IMG/VR virus record: IMGVR_UViG_3300027963_000015
Coordinates: 1 to 35,515 of that record
DNA: 35,515 bases
DNA from: a virus
Taxonomy: Duplodnaviria > Caudoviricetes
Direction: 5' to 3' (one strand)
Made by a program: the position numbers and the translations under genes. Within the stretch, counting starts at the first letter, position 1. Every line of letters starts with the position of its first letter. The notes below the pieces were generated by a model, which saw only the letters and a list, made by a program, of their open reading frames with translations, searched no databases and was not told the origin of the DNA. Shown here piece by piece: positions 18,904 to 25,821 of the stretch.

Positions 18904-19270
18904 TCTCCATACCCATTCGCATCATACATTTCTTCTTTAAAGTATCGTAACTATCGTACCCGTTACCTAATATTCCTAGTTCTCTAGCTTTGTTTTCGAT
19001 ACCTTGCTGACTAAACATCCAAGACCTATCCACCTTTTCTTTGGCTGGGGTCATGTCTAAAACATCTTCCCATCGTGCAGCGTTTAACCAACTAGCAGGG
19101 TACGGAATATAGTCTATTTCGGTGCGTTTAAGTTGCCAATGTCTAAGGTGTTTAGGCAAGGCTTCTAAGGCTTCACGCTTTTCAAGGTCAGTCAATCTTT
19201 TCCAAGCAATCTCAGCTTTTTTCTTTGCGACCTTTTTGGGCCAATTTACCCAAAACTTTTCAAAGTCCAC
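18896..19270 (-). CDS. Replication initiator/replisome organizer C-terminal-domain-like protein
   Basis: FEKFWVNWPKKVAKKKA..AWKRL...YIPYPASWLNAARWED motif; no N-terminal DNA-binding domain. Confidence 0.7.
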   Translation of the reverse strand: MDFEKFWVNWPKKVAKKKAEIAWKRLTDLEKREALEALPKHLRHWQLKRTEIDYIPYPASWLNAARWEDVLDMTPAKEKVDRSWMFSQQGIENKARELGILGNGYDSYDTLKKKCMMRMGMEID

Positions 19271-19279
19271 ACTATGCCC

Positions 19280-19426
19280 CTATTTTGTTGCAAGTATATA
19301 AAGTCCAACATTACTAAAAGCATAACCGCTATATACAACCGCCATAGCTGTATTACCTTTAAAGCCTTGTTCTATACCTATATAGGCATAAATAAGCCCT
19401 GTCACAATAATTAGCCAAGAACTCAA
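19280..19426 (-). CDS. Small membrane protein (48 aa, MSSWLIIVTGLIYAYIG...)
   Basis: Read manually; TTGA overlap, two hydrophobic segments. Confidence 0.6.
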   Translation of the reverse strand: MSSWLIIVTGLIYAYIGIEQGFKGNTAMAVVYSGYAFSNVGLYILATK

Positions 19427-19611
19427 AATGGTGCATCCTCAAATTTAGGTTTATCCGCTTTAACAAACTGGTAAGTCCAATCGGTATAGGTTTTAATTAA
19501 ATGCTCGGCTTCATGTTTAGTCTTTACTGTACGCATTAATTCACCATGCTCATCATAGATTTTGTAATGGCTATAAGCGTTTATGCGGTCATCGGTAGTA
19601 AAGGTAGTCAT
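19423..19611 (-). CDS. Hypothetical protein (MTTFTTDDR...FEDAPF)
   Basis: ORF track; internal ATG with a GGGA RBS preferred. Confidence 0.6.
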   Translation of the reverse strand: MTTFTTDDRINAYSHYKIYDEHGELMRTVKTKHEAEHLIKTYTDWTYQFVKADKPKFEDAPF

Positions 19612-19648
19612 TTTTATAATTTCCCGTTTTCTCATAATGTTCACAAGG

Positions 19649-19688
19649 TTAAGTTTACTTAATATGTGAGTATATAGGTACTTTCCCT
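19649..19688 (-). promoter_or_regulatory. Composite regulatory site: AGGGAAAGTACCTA box + 12 nt + TTAAG-N4-CTTAA operator
   Basis: Same box and identical spacing recur at 22568-22607. Confidence 0.65.
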
Positions 19689-19744
19689 TATATATGTTAC
19701 ATAAAGTCGGTTAATGTAATGTATATATAACTTTTTGTATGCGA

Positions 19745-20155
19745 ATCGGTTTGTGAGGATTAAGGGCGTAATACTCCTATCCGTAGATAGGATGAATTAT
19801 GCGACTTCGGATGTTTCGGACATCAGTCGTAAATAAATGATGGGTTCTTTTGCTTGTTCAGGTCTATGTATTACCAAGACTACCCAGTTTCCCCTGCCGT
19901 TAGGCAATAGGACAGTTCCATAATTTTTGCTCATTTATCCGCAAAATATGGGGCATTGCTGCCGTTTCGCTTCTGAAGTATTTACGGCCTTTACCGCATC
20001 ATCACGCCTGTGTGCGGGCTAGACAGAAAGAGAAAACCCCTTTGGGTAGCTCTAAGTTGATACCGCTTTAGGAAGCACTCCACAGGCTTTCCAAAACGCT
20101 CAAAGCTACCCAAAAGGGTCTTAATGGAGTTCTACTAAACAGGTATCAATCTGCC
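19745..20155 (-). ncRNA. Putative large structured non-coding RNA / RNA-based control or origin region
   Basis: No ORF of 60 aa or more; 24-bp stem 20033-20056/20099-20122 with four G.U pairs on the minus strand; c(UACG)g, GCAA and UAAC tetraloop hairpins; upstream extended -10. Confidence 0.6.
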
Positions 20156-20160
20156 CCGTC

Positions 20161-20169
20161 AGTATAACA
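20161..20169 (-). promoter_or_regulatory. Extended -10 promoter (TGTTATACT) for the structured region
   Basis: TGn + TATACT directly after the cro stop codon. Confidence 0.55.
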
Positions 20170-20173
20170 CTAA

Positions 20174-20413
20174 TCAACGCAACTCAGGCCATATTAACTG
20201 GTAACTTTCAGGAAATAAGTCCTTACGGCTTACTAATCCTTTGGATTCTTGCTCTAACAAAGCCCCCAGATAGACCATTTTATCGGCAGGAATACCTGAG
20301 TTTTTCCACATAGACACCGCAGGTACGCTAATTTTGCAGATTTTGGCTATTTTGGTAGGCCCACCCAGTAACTCGATAATTTGGCTATCGGTAAATACGC
20401 TTTTCTTCTTCAT
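20174..20413 (-). CDS. Cro/YdaS-like HTH transcriptional regulator
   Basis: IIELLGGPTKIAKICKISVPAVSMWKNSGIP...SRKDLFP....IWPEL. Confidence 0.85.
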   Translation of the reverse strand: MKKKSVFTDSQIIELLGGPTKIAKICKISVPAVSMWKNSGIPADKMVYLGALLEQESKGLVSRKDLFPESYQLIWPELR

Positions 20414-20482
20414 TAAGCTATCTTACCAAAAATACAACGCAGATTCAAATAGTTTGCACTTTTTTTTAATTTGGCTTAATAT
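20413..20482. promoter_or_regulatory. Divergent sigma70 promoters with overlapping operators
   Basis: Minus: TTGAAT(20448-43)-17-TAAGAT(20425-20). Plus: TTGCAC(20454-59)-17-TAATAT(20477-82). Operators TTAAGCTATCTTAC (20413-26) and TTAATTTGGCTTAA (20466-79). Confidence 0.7.
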
Positions 20483-20520
20483 GGTGGTACAGCATAAGCT
20501 GTTTACTTTTGGAGATGATT

Positions 20521-20733
20521 ATGGATGACTTACAGCAATTACATAACGAAATGATGGCAGACCAAGAACGCCTTGAGATAGCTTTAGATAAGGCAGAGGA
20601 TGGTGATATGTTGACATTGGCAGAAATTGACCTAATCAGGTTTCATTGTGGCTTACCCAATAAGCGTAGGATTAGCCCCATTTTGGGTACGATTTTTGAC
20701 GATTTTTCTAATATTTTTGGGGGGAAACAATGA
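20521..20733 (+). CDS. Hypothetical early protein
   Basis: GGAG RBS before ATG 20521; first gene after the plus-strand promoter. Confidence 0.65.
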   Translation: MDDLQQLHNEMMADQERLEIALDKAEDGDMLTLAEIDLIRFHCGLPNKRRISPILGTIFDDFSNIFGGKQ

Positions 20734-21347
20734 TTGTGACAGGCACAACTACAGAAAAGAAAGAGTTTAAGGTAGCCCCAGTAGGGTCGCATTTAGCTCG
20801 TTTATACCGAATTATTGACTTAGGTACACAGAAGTCCGAGTACATGGGTCAAGTCAAAATGCTACGCAAAGTAAAGTTCTTTTGGGAGCTTCATGGCGAT
20901 GACTTAAAGATTGAGGGCAAACCCCTTATCCAAACACGCAACTACACGCTATCGCTAGGCGATAAGGCTTCGTTACGGAAGGACTTGGAATCTTGGCGTG
21001 GCAAATCATTTACCGATGATGAGTTGCGTGGCTTTGACCTACGCAATTTGTTAGATAAATGGTGCATGGTTACTGTTCAGCACAGGACTGCTAATAATGG
21101 CAATACCTACGCTGATGCGGTGGCTATTACCCCAGTTCCCGCAATAGTTCAGAAAGCAGGTGTACCACAGGGCGTAAACCCTTGCGTATTGTTTGACTTG
21201 CAGAAGTTTGACCAAGAAGTTTTTGACAGCTTATCGCAAGGTTTAAAAGACCAAATCATGCTGTCAGCCGAGTACCGCAACACCTTTACCGATGTAAATA
21301 AGAAGTTGCAAGACGCAGCAATTATTGATGATGATGTTCCATTTTAG
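20730..21347 (+). CDS. Single-stranded DNA-binding-like protein
   Basis: G.HLAR.YRIIDLGTQ and LRKDLESWRG motifs; acidic C-terminal tip DDDVPF. Confidence 0.7.
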   Translation: MIVTGTTTEKKEFKVAPVGSHLARLYRIIDLGTQKSEYMGQVKMLRKVKFFWELHGDDLKIEGKPLIQTRNYTLSLGDKASLRKDLESWRGKSFTDDELRGFDLRNLLDKWCMVTVQHRTANNGNTYADAVAITPVPAIVQKAGVPQGVNPCVLFDLQKFDQEVFDSLSQGLKDQIMLSAEYRNTFTDVNKKLQDAAIIDDDVPF

Positions 21348-21370
21348 GGGGTAACCTTTAGGAGCGAGCT

Positions 21371-21568
21371 ATGAACCACATGATTAAAGACTTTATTGAC
21401 CAAAAATATACAGTCAAGACCTTTCAAGAACGGGGCTACGATGAAGAAGTACCAATCATCGGGTTTGCCCAAGATGACTTGGAAACTGTCATTAAGACTG
21501 TGGTTCAGGCTTGTGCCGACAGGGTTAAAAACTCAGACGATAGAATGGCTGTGCTACAGTTAATGTAA
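21371..21568 (+). CDS. Hypothetical protein
   Basis: AGGAG RBS. Confidence 0.65.
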   Translation: MNHMIKDFIDQKYTVKTFQERGYDEEVPIIGFAQDDLETVIKTVVQACADRVKNSDDRMAVLQLM

Positions 21569-21586
21569 TGTTTAACAGGGGGAATT

Positions 21587-22330
21587 ATGTTAGTGAAAGA
21601 GAATACAAGTGAGAGCGGTCATTGGTACTTACCCGATGGCAGTCCAGCATATCGCATCGTTGGCAAGAACGGGAAAGAAAGAAACTCAACTGTCAAAGAC
21701 GCAAGAGAACATGGCCTATTGCCCTCAGTTACCACAATTATTGGTTGTGCGTCAAAACCCGCATTGGATGTATGGAAACAACAACAAGCCATACTCGCTG
21801 CACTTACATTACCTCGCTTAGAGGGTGAATCTGAGGAAGATTGGCTAAGTCGGGTCGTTGCTGATAGCAAGGAAACTGCCAAGCAAGCAGCAGAGCGTGG
21901 CACTCAAATACATGGGGTCATAGAAGCCTTCTACGAGGGCATTTATATACCTGAGCTACCACCCTATGTCCGAGCCGTAGAAAACGCCATAAACGAGCAT
22001 TTTGGCTCACAACTATGGATTTCTGAAAAGTCTTTTGCTTATGGTGGGTTTGGCGGTAAATGCGACCTAGTTGCCAAGTCAGGCTTTGTGGTTGACTTTA
22101 AAACAACAGAAAAAGACCTAGACAAGCTTGATTACTTTTTTGACCACCAAATGCAGTTGTCAGCCTACCGACAAGGGTTTGAGATGCCCAAAGCTCGGTG
22201 TGCGATTGTTTATGTCAACGCCCTACAAAATAAGGCTAAACTAGTCGAGATACCTGAAGATGACCTGAGAATTGGGTGGGAATGTTTTACCCATTTATTA
22301 GCGTTTTATAGGGCTAAAAACAAACTATAA
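21587..22330 (+). CDS. PD-(D/E)XK exonuclease (Cas4/RecB-like)
   Basis: PSVTTII, RGTQIH, GKCDLV..VVDFKT, QLSAY. Confidence 0.85.
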   Translation: MLVKENTSESGHWYLPDGSPAYRIVGKNGKERNSTVKDAREHGLLPSVTTIIGCASKPALDVWKQQQAILAALTLPRLEGESEEDWLSRVVADSKETAKQAAERGTQIHGVIEAFYEGIYIPELPPYVRAVENAINEHFGSQLWISEKSFAYGGFGGKCDLVAKSGFVVDFKTTEKDLDKLDYFFDHQMQLSAYRQGFEMPKARCAIVYVNALQNKAKLVEIPEDDLRIGWECFTHLLAFYRAKNKL

Positions 22331-22337
22331 TGATTAC

Positions 22338-22389
22338 GGGGTGGCGGCAATCCCCCTGCCACAATCTCCTTCACACAGAGGGCCACCCC
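22338..22389 (+). ncRNA. C4-like antisense RNA (three-way junction with two loops)
   Basis: GGGGUGGC/GCCACCCC stem enclosing GGCA(AUCCCCC)UGCC and CUC(CUUCACACA)GAG; TATAAT at 22326-22331; matching target at 22894-22912. Confidence 0.65.
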
Positions 22390-22399
22390 ACCTTACAAC

Positions 22400-22455
22400 G
22401 GGCGAAAGTTTGTATATAGAAAGGCCAGTAAGTATGCTTTCTCAACAAGTAGCCC
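22400..22455 (+). ncRNA. Structured hairpin RNA with a loop-E-like GAA/AGUA internal loop
   Basis: GGGC-GAAAG...AGUA-GCCC base; AGAAAG/CUUUCU upper stem. Confidence 0.45.
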
Positions 22456-22462
22456 ACCTTTT

Positions 22463-22549
22463 AGGGCGGTTAAGCAAGCGTTAGAGGATGCTTGGATAAA
22501 GGGTTTTCTTGCTTTCCCCCCAATTTAGCCAAATCTACGCCCTTTTTTT
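22463..22549 (+). ncRNA. Structured RNA with a bulge-loop pseudoknot, ending in a U-tract
   Basis: AGGGCG/CGCCCU stem plus U-tract; AAGCAAG (22472-78) is complementary to CUUGCUU (22508-14). Confidence 0.5.
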
Positions 22550-22550
22550 A

Positions 22551-22566
22551 CTGTATATCCATACAT
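22551..22566. promoter_or_regulatory. Degenerate LexA (SOS) box
   Basis: taCTGT-ATATCCAT-ACAT, one mismatch from CTGT-N8-ACAG. Confidence 0.4.
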
Positions 22567-22567
22567 T

Positions 22568-22610
22568 AGGGAAAGTACCTATTGCATTAAATGTTAAGTT
22601 AGCTTAATAT
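22568..22610 (+). promoter_or_regulatory. Promoter TTGCAT-17-TAATAT with upstream AGGGAAAGTACCTA box and TTAAG-N4-CTTAA operator
   Basis: -35 at 22582-87, -10 at 22605-10, operator at 22594-22607. Confidence 0.7.
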
Positions 22611-22640
22611 GTAGTTGTAGGTTAATTAAAGGGGGAATGT

Positions 22641-22832
22641 ATGAAACGCATTAAAGCTGAAAGAATACGGGTTAGCGACACCATTGTTTTCAATGATGCC
22701 CGTTTTAATTTTGTTGTTGAAGATATTAGAGAAAACAGTAGTGGCGGTATATGGTTTTCATCTAAAAACGATACACAATCTATGCGGTTTGATAACGATG
22801 AATTAGTAACTGTCATTAGGGGAAACGCATGA
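22641..22832 (+). CDS. Hypothetical small beta-rich protein
   Basis: GGGGGA RBS; first gene after the promoter. Confidence 0.65.
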   Translation: MKRIKAERIRVSDTIVFNDARFNFVVEDIRENSSGGIWFSSKNDTQSMRFDNDELVTVIRGNA

Positions 22833-22921
22833 AAGACTTTTTATTGGGTATGGTTGCAGGTGTGTTGGCGTTTGGCATACCTGCTATTGTGTATGTGTGG
22901 AGAACTGGGGGAATATCATGA
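22829..22921 (+). CDS. 30-aa single-pass membrane peptide (MKDFLLGMVAGVLAFGIPAIVYVWRTGGIS)
   Basis: Read manually; GGGGA RBS and ATGA overlaps at both ends. Confidence 0.6.
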   Translation: MKDFLLGMVAGVLAFGIPAIVYVWRTGGIS

Positions 22922-23121
22922 TTGGTACTGTAACGATTGGCGATACGCCTGTTGATGTATATGGCACAGAATGTCCTTCTGAACCTGCTGTGGGCATTAT
23001 GGGCAATTATGTTGAGATTGAGGACTTAGAAGTAGGCGGCATTAGCATCTATGAGATGGTTGCTAACAACCCAATCTTTGACCAAATCCAAGAAGCAATT
23101 AACGATATGGTGAACTCATGA
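22918..23121 (+). CDS. Acidic hypothetical protein (67 aa)
   Basis: GGGGGA RBS before ATG 22918. Confidence 0.65.
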   Translation: MIGTVTIGDTPVDVYGTECPSEPAVGIMGNYVEIEDLEVGGISIYEMVANNPIFDQIQEAINDMVNS

Positions 23122-23204
23122 ATCCATTTGTAGCTACAATTTTATTTGTGTTATTTGCAGTAGCGTGTACAACTCTAGGTTATGGTTTAGCGAGCTATTT
23201 ATGA
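23118..23204 (+). CDS. 28-aa single-pass membrane peptide (MNPFVATILFVLFAVACTTLGYGLASYL)
   Basis: Read manually; ATGA overlaps at both ends. Confidence 0.55.
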   Translation: MNPFVATILFVLFAVACTTLGYGLASYL

Positions 23205-23404
23205 ACATTCCATACAACAACGGCAAAGTCAGCATTGGTAAGTATTATGTGCCACCTAAGTATGTCGAGAAAGACACCGATATGCTAGAACTTCAGTCTT
23301 ATTTAATTCACGACCCAGCCCGTCTTAACAGGGCGTATTGGACTGAAAAAGGCTTGTTGCTACTAGGACTCTTTATTGTCTTGGTTATATTCCTCAAGAG
23401 CTAG
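23201..23404 (+). CDS. Hypothetical protein with a C-terminal TM helix
   Basis: MNIPYNNGKVSIG...LLLLGLFIVLVIFL; overlaps the endolysin 3' end convergently. Confidence 0.6.
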   Translation: MNIPYNNGKVSIGKYYVPPKYVEKDTDMLELQSYLIHDPARLNRAYWTEKGLLLLGLFIVLVIFLKS

Positions 23405-23905
23405 TTTTCTAGCATCCTCAACCCGATTAAGCCAGCCTTTAATAAAGCGAGCTTGGTCGGGTTTTCTTGCCACTATGCCTTGATAGAAGTCTGCCCTAGC
23501 GTCTGAAAACTTTGCAATAAGGTCTTTAGGGTTTGCATCATTAATTGCTGCCATAGTCTTAGGCCCGATAACTCCATCAGCCACGCATCCGATTGCCTGT
23601 TGTAGCGTCTTAACGCTTCTGCCTGTGCCTGCATTAACGGCAAAATCGAATACAACATAATCTAAGCCTTTCGGTAGGACTTCACAATAACTAGAATTCC
23701 AATACTTTAGTTTATACATTGAGCCGACTTTTTCGGGGGTCAAAGCTCGCATATCAGCTTCGGATACAGGATGCCCTACAAATTCTTCCCAAACACGCTT
23801 AGTAACGCCTAGATTGGTCATGCCGCCTGAGTCTAGGGGGTCATTAACAAAACCGCCCTCGTGCTTTAGGATGCGTTTTAAAGACTTCTCAAACTCGCCT
23901 GTCAT
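23363..23905 (-). CDS. Endolysin, GH108 family with PG-binding domain
   Basis: HEGGFVNDPLDSGGMTNLGVT, FDFAVNAG, DGVIGPKT, FIKGWLNR. Confidence 0.92.
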   Translation of the reverse strand: MTGEFEKSLKRILKHEGGFVNDPLDSGGMTNLGVTKRVWEEFVGHPVSEADMRALTPEKVGSMYKLKYWNSSYCEVLPKGLDYVVFDFAVNAGTGRSVKTLQQAIGCVADGVIGPKTMAAINDANPKDLIAKFSDARADFYQGIVARKPDQARFIKGWLNRVEDARKLALEEYNQDNKES

Positions 23906-24303
23906 TTATTTTTAGCCCTAATTTCAGCTATTTTTTCAAGCCCTCTTGACCCAAAATAGAAACCGAACGCTAGTTGGCCCCATTGACCCAAAAGCATTGT
24001 GTAGTTGTCGTTTGTATTAATTCCAAACGCTGACATAACTGCAAATATTATGTAAGCAAAAAACAACGCTATTAAACTTAAAGGTCTAATGTTCTTGGAT
24101 AACCAAGAATCACTACCCATATCCGCTTGCTGGCGTTTGGTTAGTTCTTGGGCTTCAATATTGTCAGCGTTTAACTCAGCCAACCTGCCCTCTTGTTGCA
24201 TCTGTAATAGTTCTTTTTGAGCCTTAGCCTTAGCTTCGGGGTCAGGAATAAACTTATCTAGGACTTTCATCCCAACATCAAATAGTGCCATCAAAGGTAT
24301 CAT
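23902..24303 (-). CDS. Holin (3TM/GTA-holin-like)
   Basis: LDKFIPDP, DSWLSKNIRP, two TM segments, FYFGSRGLEK; adjacent to the endolysin. Confidence 0.8.
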   Translation of the reverse strand: MIPLMALFDVGMKVLDKFIPDPEAKAKAQKELLQMQQEGRLAELNADNIEAQELTKRQQADMGSDSWLSKNIRPLSLIALFFAYIIFAVMSAFGINTNDNYTMLLGQWGQLAFGFYFGSRGLEKIAEIRAKNK

Positions 24304-24734
24304 TTATAACCCCATACTAAAAAATAAGCTATTACGCCAGCTATTGCAAAACACCAAAACTGTGCATTTCTAGCTTTGTTTAAATCTTTGTTAAATTCTT
24401 TCTGAAACTCTTTTTCTTGCTTCTCTAACTTAGCTTTTAGGGCTTCGACTTCTGCCCATCGTTTGCCATACTTTTTTAGAAAATCTGCCCTAATCTGTGC
24501 TTCTTCTCGTCTAACCCGTTCTTCGTGTTCCCATTGAATTAATACCCGTTTTAGGAATAACTCTTTGCGGACTTCGTTTTCTCGTAACTCTCTGCGTCTA
24601 TCTATGTTCCTTTGTACTGCAACATCGGTGGCTTCTTTTTGTACATTCTCAATACTTTTAGACAATTCTTTAGCCGATTGACGGCTTGTATCAAGGTTAC
24701 TGGTTAGGGTTTTAATCCCTTCGTGAAGTTCCAT
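24300..24734 (-). CDS. Coiled-coil protein with a C-terminal TM helix
   Basis: Charged helical ORF in the lysis region. Confidence 0.6.
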   Translation of the reverse strand: MELHEGIKTLTSNLDTSRQSAKELSKSIENVQKEATDVAVQRNIDRRRELRENEVRKELFLKRVLIQWEHEERVRREEAQIRADFLKKYGKRWAEVEALKAKLEKQEKEFQKEFNKDLNKARNAQFWCFAIAGVIAYFLVWGYK

Positions 24735-24738
24735 AGTT

Positions 24739-24906
24739 TCATTTTGGCAAAGACCACCCATGAGTTGTTAGGTAGGCATAGCCTAAACCAGCCACAAAGA
24801 CATAAAACAATGTTCGTATAGAGAACCAACCAAACTGGGTTACTTTCTCGTTTAACCACTCTTTAATGGCTTCTTTGACGATTTCTTTTTCAATCTCGTT
24901 AGCCAT
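24739..24906 (-). CDS. Small membrane protein (55 aa, MANEIEKEIVKEAIKEWL...)
   Basis: Read manually; AGGA RBS, one TM segment. Confidence 0.6.
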   Translation of the reverse strand: MANEIEKEIVKEAIKEWLNEKVTQFGWFSIRTLFYVFVAGLGYAYLTTHGWSLPK

Positions 24907-25075
24907 TTTTTTTCCTAACAGTTTTAGTAGGAGTTTTCTTGACGGCAGGTTTTCTTTTAACCGCAGGTTTTTTGGGCGTAGCCTTTATTTCACCTTCCCA
25001 ATCATTGAGAATAGTAAGCCAATGCACCTTTTTGGTGTAGCCCATCTTATCAAAAACCCAGTCAATGATAAACAT
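24899..25075 (-). CDS. Small protein with a Lys/Pro/Ala-rich (histone H1-like) tail (58 aa)
   Basis: Read manually: MFIIDWVFDKMGY...KATPKKPAVKRKPAVKKTPTK. Confidence 0.6.
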   Translation of the reverse strand: MFIIDWVFDKMGYTKKVHWLTILNDWEGEIKATPKKPAVKRKPAVKKTPTKTVRKKNG

Positions 25076-25078
25076 GAT

Positions 25079-25642
25079 TTACTCGTAAAGAATGTTAATT
25101 GTTCCAGCATCAAAAGTATCTGTACCGCCTACTGTAGTGATGCGTATTCTGTCAAGAGTTCCACCTAAAGAAGAAATTGAACCACCTGAAGCATTTAAAA
25201 ATCCATCTTGACGAGATAAAACACCTGATGTTACCCAAGCATTTGTTGTGTAATTGCAAATAGGAATTATGCCTGTAAGATTATTTGCGGCTGCTGCTGG
25301 GATTCCAACAATAAAACCAGCGGTACTTGTTGTTTCGCTACTTCTGCTGCCTACACCGCTTAAATAACCAGTAGAAACAATACCGCCCGAAGTTCCTAAT
25401 TGAATTAAAAAGTTACTTGTACCATTAGTAGAAACACCAATAATCTCAACAGTAATCCGCTTTACCCAGCTAGGTATGCTAGTAAAATCAATGCTAGTTC
25501 CTGAAGTAGAAGCAACTGCTGTACCGCTAGTTAAAACACCTACACCTGTAGGAGTACCAGCAAAAGTAGGAGTAGTTAAAGTAGGTGTTGTTAAAGAAGC
25601 ACTTGTTAGGTTAGGGCTATCGCCCGATAATGTAATAGCCAT
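25079..25642 (-). CDS. Fibre-tip / receptor-binding-like protein, paralog 3
   Basis: TSGTAVASTSGTSIDFTSIPSWVKRITV...DTFDAGTINILYE. Confidence 0.7.
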   Translation of the reverse strand: MAITLSGDSPNLTSASLTTPTLTTPTFAGTPTGVGVLTSGTAVASTSGTSIDFTSIPSWVKRITVEIIGVSTNGTSNFLIQLGTSGGIVSTGYLSGVGSRSSETTSTAGFIVGIPAAAANNLTGIIPICNYTTNAWVTSGVLSRQDGFLNASGGSISSLGGTLDRIRITTVGGTDTFDAGTINILYE

Positions 25643-25644
25643 AA

Positions 25645-25818
25645 TTAAGCCTCTTGAATGGGTTCTACTGGAGTTTCAGCAGGAGTTTCGGCAGGAGTTT
25701 CAGCAGATGCTTCCGCTTGTGCGGCAATAGCGGCATCGTAAGCGACTTGTTCTTCTGCTGTGTACTCTACTTGAGTTACTTTGCCTGTTTGTACATCTAC
25801 AACGATTCTGTGTGTCAT
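25645..25818 (-). CDS. Small fibre-associated protein (57 aa) with ETPA tandem repeats
   Basis: Read manually: MTHRIVVDVQTGKVTQVEYTAEEQ...AETPAETPAETPVE; GAGG RBS. Confidence 0.65.
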   Translation of the reverse strand: MTHRIVVDVQTGKVTQVEYTAEEQVAYDAAIAAQAEASAETPAETPAETPVEPIQEA

Positions 25819-25821
25819 ATA

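Noticed and set aside
22338-22389. tRNA gene
   Set aside because: Too short, only two arms, no T-loop or CCA
22463-22549. Pistol or twister ribozyme
   Set aside because: Only a superficial UUAAG..GCG resemblance; the full consensus and topology could not be matched
25665-25705. CRISPR-like or regulatory tandem repeat (gcaggagtttc)
   Set aside because: A 12-bp coding repeat (ETPA) with no spacers
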